Made by a program: the position numbers and the translations under genes. From Eutreptiella sp. 'Long Island Sound 2002' (taxonomy: Eukaryota; Protista; Euglenida), in assembly GCA_964036045.1 (NCBI GenBank), contig OZ038378.1:185938001-186002000 (forward strand): a stretch of DNA of 64,000 nt. The letters run 5' to 3'. The stretch's first letter is position 1. Every line of letters begins with the position of its first letter. The notes under the pieces are model-generated. The model ran no database searches, had not been told where the DNA came from, and saw only the letters and a program-made list of their open reading frames with translations. Positions 55,664-64,000 of the stretch are shown here, in pieces.

Positions 55664-56465
55664 GTGCATGAGGCAGGCTTGCACTTGAAGGGGGGATCCC
55701 CCCCTTAAGCTCCAACCGTATCCTTCCAACTCCAACTGCTTCTGCAACGGTTTGTAACCGCCGCTTCCTGCCCCCCACGGCCTTACAGGCGTTTGCAACA
55801 CAACCTTGTGGCATTCCTCTGTGTCTGGTGCAACCCGCATACTTTTTTCTTTGATGTAATTTTGCCAACTTGTGCAAAAGGAACAAAAAAAGTGAAAATC
55901 TTCTTCAAGCGCAGGCCTGGTATGAGGCTTTCAAAGGATTTGTATCGGCTGCAAAAGATATTTGTTGCAAATGTTGCAAAAGCGTTACATGCTGCCATGG
56001 CATGTTCTGCGCAAGGTTTGTGTGGTGCCACAATTGGTGCGGAGGCATAGAATAGTGTGACGCTCCTTAAATTGCACTGTGTTGAGTGTTTGGCTGCATT
56101 TTGGCTTCGACCCTGCCTGTGGCGCGCGTACTATGTTAAGTAGCCGTCAAAGTTATCCTTGTCTAGGTTGCTGTCCAACTCTATTGTGTACTCCATGCAT
56201 CCTTGTTTTGCATCTCGACCTGCGGATGTCTTGGTGCGTTTGTGTTGTGCTGTCTTGAGCCACTTTGCCTCGCACGCGCAGTGTGGGCGCGAGTGCAATT
56301 TAAGTCCGACTGGAGACTGGAGACTGATGGGAACGATGAATGTTGCACACAAGTGGTCACAGGGCACTGAACACCAAGAATAGGTGGTCAAATGCTGTGT
56401 TTGGGTAGAAGTGACAGTGTTGTGGTCCAGGGTTGTGGTGTGTTTGTGGGCTGCATGGGACATTA

Positions 56466-56813
56466 GGGGAACGTTAGCGCGCCGGGCATCTTTTGTGACC
56501 CGTGCCCTACTGGTGGACTGTTGCCGTTGATATGTTGGGCAACATTATATGGATTTGCCCCTTGGCCCCCGGGACATCAGCAGATGTTTTGATTTGGGAT
56601 GGGTATGGACCTTCTCGTACCCGAGGTGATTTCTTTGATTTCGAAGTTAGGGGCCATGATGGTGCTTATAAGGGCCGGATTCATGTCATTGTGCCATTCA
56701 TTGGAAGAAAGAATGGCACTTTGACATCCCGCCAACAATGTTACAATGACGTGCACGGGTGGTATAGGGCACGCATTGAGCAGCTGTTTGCTCGGTTGTG
56801 GCACGCAAGATGA
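56466..56813 (+). pseudogene. PIF/Harbinger-like (DDE_Tnp_4) transposase fragment
   Basis: VAVDMLGNIIWICPLAPGTSADVLIWD...GHDGAYKG..VIVPFIGRKNGTLTSRQQCYNDVHGWYRARIEQLFARL matches the Harbinger G...D..IW / GD.GY / YN..H...R..IE motifs. Confidence 0.8.
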
Positions 56814-56909
56814 GGCAGAGAATGAGGCGGAAGTGTGTGTGTTGTGTTGCCAGATCGCTCCACCGTCGCAGTTGGTGATGAGTGTAAGGAGCACTATTGT
56901 ACTGAATGT

Positions 56910-57110
56910 ATTGACACCCACACTTGTGGGACCAATGTTATGATGCAGCTCTACTGTTCGCGATACCTCAATAACGCCAATCGCTTCTACTGGAGATCGA
57001 TGCGGTTGTGCTATCCTAACCCCCCATTCTCCCAACTTGCTAAGGTGTTGACCAAGATCGCCCTTAAAGGAGCGAGAGTGGTACTGTGTACCCCGGTTTG
57101 CAACTTTCTT
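56910..57110 (+). pseudogene. Retroelement-type N6-adenine methyltransferase-like domain fragment (NPPF)
   Basis: QLYCSRYLNNANRFYWRSMRLCYPNPPFSQLAKVLTKIALKGARVVLCTP follows the A....W....Y.NPPF....VL.KI......V...P pattern of DIRS-type MT domains. Confidence 0.65.
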
Positions 57111-57174
57111 GAGCTGGGGTAGTTTGGGGCACCTAATTCTAAGGGCGTTTCCAAGGGGTGTGCTTGGGGGCTCT

Positions 57175-57770
57175 TCGGGGGGAACATAGTCTAAAAGTAG
57201 CGCGCCGGGCGCGCGCAGGGCAAACATTCCCCCATTGTGCATTCGAAAATATGGGTCGTACTGTGTTTTGCGTCCTTGCGGGTTCACCTGTTCGATGCCC
57301 TCCCCCCTGTGCCTCCTCCCCCGCCTCTCTGGGCCTCCGGCTATACCACACAGGCCCTGACCATTGTTGGCTAGAATCTTGGTGCCAAAGGCGCCGGAAA
57401 AAAATTCCTGGCCCATGCCAGGGGTGAGTTTTTTTTTTTTCACTCGATTTGTGTATACTCAAAATGCTCAGATTCAGGGAATGCCTTGCCCACAGTGCAC
57501 CTGCAGTGTGCCTGCAGCGCGCCCGCAGTACAGAGTTCTGTATTCCGGCAACTAATGGAGCCCTAGTTTGGTGGTCTGACAATCCCCATTTCCCTTACTT
57601 TGTTACCCACTGTACTGATAGCATGCCCATATGCACAGTGGGTGACATGCTTGCATTGTGATTTTCACCCCAAGTATGCATGTTATGGGTAAAAATGTCC
57701 GTGGCTGTAGATAACCTTGGGAATATTGTGTGGATTTGTGATCTTATGCTAGGGGGAATGCCGTGCACGC
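57175..57770 (+). mobile_element. Second Harbinger-like remnant (terminal motif plus N-terminal transposase piece)
   Basis: Starts GGGGAACA...TAGCGCGCCGGGC, also seen at 56466 and inverted near 1125 and 1765. Encodes PHFPYFVTHCTDSMPI and VAVDNLGNIVWICDL, paralogous to 56502. Confidence 0.6.
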
Positions 57771-59099
57771 AGTGCAAAGTTTTGTATGTCGGCAAATACT
57801 TGAACCCTAGTTTTGGCCCCTTGGGGGAGCACGTGACGCGGCACCTGTGTGGCGCGTGCGCGGCGCGGAGATTCAGCCTTCTGGCCCACCCAAGCACCCA
57901 CAGTTCCTACCCCGGGGGCCCATCGTCTAGGGATTTTGGGCCTGATCCGTGATACTCTTGAGTAAGAAATGTCGTTTGTTGCTGTCCATTGAACATCTGC
58001 GCTAGATTGGGCAAGACGAGGCGCGTAAGAAATGTCGTTTGTTGCTCTTTGAAGACCCCGCCCTCGAAGCTCAGCCCTGGCACGAGGTAGCGGTTGGTGT
58101 GGGGCGAAACTTGTCGCTGGGCTGCGATGCTGTCGGACCCAGCGCTCGTTTCCGTGGTGTACAACGCAATTAAGATCCCATGGGTATGATGCCTATCGCA
58201 ATATTTGGAGGGGCAATGGGACCACCTTTCACAAATCTATTTGCATCTTGTTGTACCTCACCCGGTTTTGTATTCGGCGCAAGGTTTGCTACCCCTCGTA
58301 TGGCCCTTAGCCCCATGTGCCACCTCATGCTGTGCTAGCAGACAGGTGGCAGGTGATCTTGGGTGAGTTTCCTAGTAGGTGCACGCAGTGCCCACACAAT
58401 GCGCACGTAGTGCAAGGATTTGGCAAGGGACCACAGCAAATGTGATGATTGATGCAAGAGGCCCTTCGTGCACTCATTGACAATTCTTCACTTTTGAAAT
58501 TGGTGCTCATGATGGCACCTGCAAGGGCCGCGTCCATACGGCTGTGCCATATATTGGTCGTAAGACTTTGAGTGACAACCAACAAGAATATGATGATGTG
58601 CATGGTTTCTATTGCGCAAGGGTGCAACACCTCTTTGTAACCCCAGCACCTTGTATGCCTTTGCACAGTTGCAGTTTGGATTGGTAATTGTAAGGACAGA
58701 GGCTTTTGATCTTGTCAAGATGCGATTGTGCAGCTAGGTTGCTGCATCCGCCTTGGCTTCAATTGATGCTTCCTCCTTCTCCTCTGGGTGTTCTTTGATG
58801 CATGTGCCCACAGTGTGCCCACAGTGCAAAACCTTGGGCTTAATTGGAGATTTCAAAAATGATGGCACAACATCGAAAACCATTTGACCTATGCTGCGCT
58901 TTGAACCTGTAGCCTGTCATTTTTTGATCCGCAAAGGGCAGACAGATGCCGCTCAGGTACCATCCGCTCTAACTACATATGCTCAACTGCGACATAGAGA
59001 CTAGGGAGCTATTTTTTTTTGAAAATTCTGAGATATCTTGGCCTTGCAAATAGACTTCAAGTGCACAACATGATGTAGCGATCATTTTGAGGTACATAT

Positions 59100-60350
59100 G
59101 TTGGGGTACCCAGGACCCCCCCCTCTGGCCGGAACCCCCCCCCCCTCTCCCTTGCTCCCTTGGGCCTTCGGCTACTACAACCCTGTTGGGTCGAGAACTG
59201 CAACTGGGGGGGGGGGATTGCGGTCCGCAATTTACCGCACTTTACTGCAATTTTACCGCAATTTTTCAGTGATCCCTCCCTTCGCTGTTACTAGGCACAC
59301 TGTACGTGTATCGCCTTTGCTTTGTATGAAAATTTCAAAATGCATTCATGGCCCATTATGATAGTGACGTGGAAGGACGGTTGGATTAGTTGCTTGTGCT
59401 GAAAGCTTTGGTGCAGTGTGCATGCTATGTGCTGAAAGCCTCACTATCCTACCAATTGGGAGCATAATTGGTCAAAAAAACTGTTTTGCAAAAAGTCCCG
59501 TGCTCCACTGCTGCTGCGTCTGGGGACCAAAAACTGGGGGGGGGGATTGAGGTCCGCAATTTACCACAATTTTACCACAATTTTTCAGTGATTCTCTATT
59601 CAAAAATTTCAATTTTCCCCCGAGGAAAAATCTTTCTCTCTCTTTGCTGTCACTAGGCACACTGTACGTTTCTGTGTCCTCAGCTGTCCTGCATGTCATT
59701 TGTGTGGCAGGACGCTTTTCTGTTTTTGTATTCCCAAAATGTCATCTACTTCTGGGGACAGTGATTCTGGCAAGGCTCTGACGCTTTTCTGTTTTTGTAT
59801 TCCCAAAATGTCAGCTACTTCTGGGGACAGTGATTCTGGCAAGGCTCTGTGACCTTTCGCATTCTTTGGCAGATTACCCGTCGCCAAAGCTGCATACCAT
59901 TCCTGGGGCTCAACAGGAACGGCAGGCATATGTGAGGACAGAGTTTAGGGACATAACTGGTCCTGCACACCTCCTCCAGTGGTGGGAGGCCCGCCTTGCA
60001 TCACCTTTAAAGACCGTGTCCCTTTTCCTCGTTTGCATGGTGATGGGGACTGGCTCTGTGGAGCGGTTCTTTTCGTTTTGCAAATATACAGACACGGACC
60101 AGAGGCATTCAATGAGCGACAATGCCCGTTGTGTGGCTTTCATGGCTCATTACAATGGTGACGTGGAAGCAATTTTACCGCAATTTTCTGCAATTTTACC
60201 GCAATTTTTTCAGGCTTGGGGGACCGCAATCCCCCCCCCCCCAAAGACATGTACCGCAATTTTTACCGCAATTAACCGCAATTTACCGCAATTCTGCTGC
60301 AATTTTTTCAGCCTTGGGGGACCGCAATCCCCCCCCCCCCTCCCAGCTGC
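59100..60350 (+). mobile_element. Internally deleted hAT transposon with CCGCAATT subterminal arrays and a dimerisation-domain remnant (about 59900-60165)
   Basis: LLQWWEARLASPLKTVSLFLVCMVMGTGSVERFFSFCKYTDTDQRHSM is the hAT C-terminal WW...ER.FS...R signature. It is flanked by CCGCAATT arrays at 59205-59270, 59535-59590 and 60170-60345. A 69-bp tandem duplication lies at 59711-59848. Confidence 0.75.
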
Positions 60351-61150
60351 AACATGCGAATCCCCATATTTGCCACCATTGTATTCCACAGGACATATGG
60401 CAATGAAAGGGCTGTGAGAACTTTGGCCCATTTTCTATCACAAAAATTTTGGCCTCCCTGGCACGCCGTGTGTGGGCAATTGCAATCATCAATTCCATTG
60501 GGATGAGGTCCTTGGAGTGGGGTGGATTGTTGTTGCATGCAAACCGGCTAGGCCACCACGGCCCTGCTTGCGAAAAGGTTGTAGTACAATACACACACAT
60601 TTGTAGACAAGGTTCACAAGAACTGGATGTTCTACTCCACTTGGATCTTGGACAAAGTTGAAGAATTCATGGTTGCTGAAAGATTTCGTGACACAGGGTG
60701 GGGTAAACGTGCATGGGATCAGTCCATTGGGCGGGTGGTGCAACACATGCAAATGGATAGAAGTCTTGATGGTAAACTATGCATCTTGTAAAATGCTTGC
60801 CAAGGCAAAATATGCATTGATTGGAAAAAGTATTTTTTGGGGAATTGTCGCTGACACCCTTGTTGCACCACGAACAATTTTGAGTAGCTGTATGGCCTCC
60901 TCCCGAGTATCACCAACCCAATCCCAATCTGCAACCAAAAGAGGAAAGCGGCTTTGAAACACGTTATGTATCATGATTGCAGAAAAGATTGTCTGATTGC
61001 AGGACACCCAGATACCACGGCAACGTCTCACAATAGAAGGTAGCGTGGAGTCTCACACTTGCAGTACCTCGCATTGCCTATTTTATACACAATAGCAAAG
61101 GTGCCGTTGCTGTGTACCTTCACAATTTCAGAAGGTTTCCCCCCCCTGAA

Positions 61151-63870
61151 CCCCCCCCCCCCCTTGTAATAGCTACACCCTTGTCCAAGCTACAGTAGCC
61201 GTAGGGACCGTACTAATTTGGGACCCAATTTAATTCGGTACCAAATGTAGTGCAGCCACATAAGACATGGGTTTGGTGACAAATTTGCCAATTACATAGA
61301 GTCATGGACACAATTGTTGAGTGTTTGCCCACTTGAACCCACATAGCTCTCATTTTGGGGATATTTGTGCACCATATTCCCCTTTCTTGCACTAGCTCAT
61401 CATGCAATCTTCTCTTTTTCAACCCAGGCGTGCAATTATTTTCACATGTTCCACCGCCAAGTGTGTGGAAGCCACAATGAGGGGACCATCAGAGAAGGGG
61501 GAGCTGTTTGCAATGTTGGAGTACATGAAGGGTGGGCAGGTGGTCACACACCCCTGTGCCCCCCTTCACACAATTGAGTTCTTCATGCGATGCCCATCCC
61601 CATCCCGGGAGCCAAGCTCACCGCCGCCGCCTTCCCCCTTTGGTGAAGTTCCTCGTGAACCAGGGGTGGTTGCCCAACCTTGTCCAAAGCCAAGGCACGC
61701 ACGAAGGTCCCCCCAAGGGCCGTTGCAGCGGGGCAGCTCACAATGAAGTACTTCTTCATTCGCCCCCGCTATAATGATGAGGATGATGTTGAGCCCCCAT
61801 CCACAACTGGTGCATGGAGGCCACTAGCACCTCCGCTTCTTCGGCTGTTTCCATGGACTGCACCAACGTGAAGTCCACACGGCGGCTCACAATGGCGGAG
61901 GTTGTAGTTGCCCCCATTCATTGTTATCGAAGTGCGAGCGAGAAAGTGGAGATCATCAACTGCGCCAAGCAACATGGGCTACGTTGTGCAGCCAAAAATT
62001 ATCACATGCTGTCACCCAAGAACATTGGGGAATGGGAGGAGCGAGAGGAGGAGTTCAAGACGTTGGCCCACATGAAGGGTGGGCACCGGAAGGCGCTCCA
62101 CGTGGGGAAGCTCTCTCAGTATCATCAAATTCAGGGCACCCTTCGCCGATGGCTCATCCGCCGCCGGAAGCGCCAAATTTTGGTGATAAAGAAGATGATG
62201 ATCAAGAAGGCCAAGGAACTGAGTGCTACGTGAGATACTGAGATACTTTCACTCATGGCATCTCAGTTGGAGAATTGGTGGGCCGCGTTCCGCCGCAGGC
62301 GAAGGATTTCTGCACGGAGGGTGAGTTCTGACCACCGTCTGATGCATTCCACATGTCCTAAGCTTCCAGTTTCAGCACCTTTGGGCCCCTGCTGGTGCAC
62401 CATGAAAAAACTTTTTAGTCCGATGCGTTTCAACCTTTGTTGTAGGTATCATGTTGTTTTGCATCGAGCCATTCAGACAAAGAAGGTGCATTGGTTGGCC
62501 AACGAGGACGAGACTCAAGTATCGTTGGTGCCGCTTTCGGGCAAGTGTTTGGACGACAAGTCCGCCAACCGGGTTGTGGTACGCATTAACGGCCGCCATA
62601 AGAATTATATCACCGTCTTCTTGCACTTTGCTGTCCAATTGGAACATGGGACTGACGAGGAAGGCGGCCCATGTATCAAATTTGGACGGGTGGTGAAGCT
62701 AAAACCGGTGTTGATTTGGGTTCACCCAAGGTTAAATCAAAAAGGAGGTCACCGCCTTGAACTGCAAGATGCGGTGCATGGTCCAAATGGTCACCAAAAA
62801 AGGTAACACCAATGAGGCAGCTATGCTATTTATTGTTAAGGAGACTTCGCGAGATGCCCTTCCTTTGCAAGAGGGTGAGCAATGTGTTTTTACGGTTGAT
62901 GGGCCCCTTGCCCACATGCATGCATCCGTTGCCCTTGCTTTTAAGAACGCCAAGTTTTAGCTTTACATCGCTGCCCCGAACTGTACACCATACATTCAAG
63001 CATGTGATAAAAAAAATGGTCAATGGGGCATTCAAATCCTCTTTGGAGGAGAGCTATGGGGAGTGGGTGGAAGATAATTTGATGGGGAAAAAAAAGAACT
63101 GTTGGCTGGTCCCCATCCCTTCGCACGAGGAGACCACATAGGTTTTGGAGGCATTTAATGCAATCACCGAGGATGATATTATGGCGACATGCCGTGCGGC
63201 TTCCTTCCCCAAAGGGATGAAGTTGTCGGAGCTTGAGGATTTGAACTATTTTTGTAATTCTGATTCTGATTCAAGTTCTGATTCTGATTTTGATTTTGGG
63301 ACGGACACCGATGAGGATGGTTGCATTTCTGAACTCTCTTCCTCAAGTGATGATTCTAGTAACTCCGATGATAATCCCAGTGAAGTTATTTGGGCTCAGG
63401 CTACCTGAGGTGTGCGGGGAATGGCCCATGTCTTTGATGGGAAGTTGTACTTTACAAGAGACTACATGCAAGGCAATTCCATTTCTGAGAACTTGAAGTT
63501 GCCCGAGCCCAAACCAGCCCCTAAACCTTGGGTGAAGGCATCTTCAAAGGCATCTTCAAGTAGTGAGCGTGTGCAGTTGTTCCGATGGTGTATGGTCGCA
63601 AGAAGGGTTTCCAAGCTGAAGATTTGTGGGCTTCTCATGCCTCGTTGCTTGTGGGAACATGGGTGTGAACATGAAGTTTCATGTTTCAGACACTTTCCTG
63701 TGTTTGCATGCCTTTGGGAACGTGGGCGGAGGTTGAGGTGCACTCATACCACACGCTCACTCATGTGTGTGTTGGTAGTTGTATGTGTTGCACGCAAGCT
63801 ATGCCCTTGTCCAAGCTAGGTAGTAGCGTAGGGACCGTATTAATTTGGGACTTTTGCGCAGCTATTACAA
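61151..63870 (+). mobile_element. Near full-length decayed pogo/Tigger-like DNA transposon
   Basis: Left end C13-TTGTAATAGCT; right end AGCTATTACAA with the G-run missing. The direct repeat AGCTA..CCCTTGTCCAAGCTA...CGTAGGGACCGTA.TAATTTGGGAC lies inside both ends. The MITE at 15165-15482 matches both ends. Confidence 0.8.
61814..63408 (+). pseudogene. pogo-family transposase pseudogene (HTH + CENP-B-type HTH + DDE_1 + acidic tail)
   Basis: EKVEIINCAKQHGLRCAAKNY..W; LRRWLIRRRK...IKKAKEL; NEDET; VDGPLAH; CTPYIQACDK..NGAFKSSL. Stops at about 62231, 62958 and 63139, and a frameshift near 62740. Confidence 0.85.
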
Positions 63871-63872
63871 TA

Positions 63873-64000
63873 TCTCTCGGGGACATTCAGAACCTGCCAA
63901 CTTTCTGGGTTTTGGCACTTTTCGGCACTTTCTACAACTTTTGCTTCTGTGTGCAAACATGTCGTCACCTGGGGGGGGGGGGTGTATACTTTTTGAAATC
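63873..64000. mobile_element. One end of another copy of the 9278-10144 TIR family, cut off by the window edge
   Basis: TA|TCTCTCGGGGACATTCAGAACCTGCCAACTTTCTGGG... is the reverse complement of 10020-10144. Confidence 0.85.

Noticed and set aside
62321-62445. GTGAGT...TGTAG intron candidate in the pogo transposase
   Set aside because: Removing 125 nt shifts the frame away from the NEDET motif, whereas the unspliced frame is open.

Overview
Repeat-rich eukaryotic nuclear DNA, most likely from a euglenid. This is inferred from several near-matches to the euglenid spliced leader and the GT-AG intron style. I can support two host genes. (1) A minus-strand multi-exon eIF2-alpha-kinase-family gene (GCN2/HRI/PERK-like). 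I assembled 15 phase-compatible GT-AG exons from 39776 to 21623 into about 793 aa, or about 898 aa with an optional 315-nt GC-rich exon; the 5' end is unresolved. Its catalytic loop reads HLDIKPENIF (non-RD, Wee1/Myt1-like). (2) A divergent, intronless plus-strand 256-aa AsmA-like membrane-anchored protein at 46994-47764. The rest is a layered transposon landscape: a decayed near full-length pogo/Tigger-like element with poly-C/G termini and several related TA-flanked MITEs, a second TA-flanked TIR family, hAT and PIF/Harbinger remnants, an NPPF adenine-methyltransferase-like retroelement fragment, many non-LTR (LINE) fragments with pentamer microsatellite tails, tRNA-derived pseudogenes, long (TG)n tracts and a roughly 600-bp imperfect inverted repeat. 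Two nested insertions can be removed in silico to restore the interrupted reading frames. All family assignments come from motif recognition by eye; no database searches were run.
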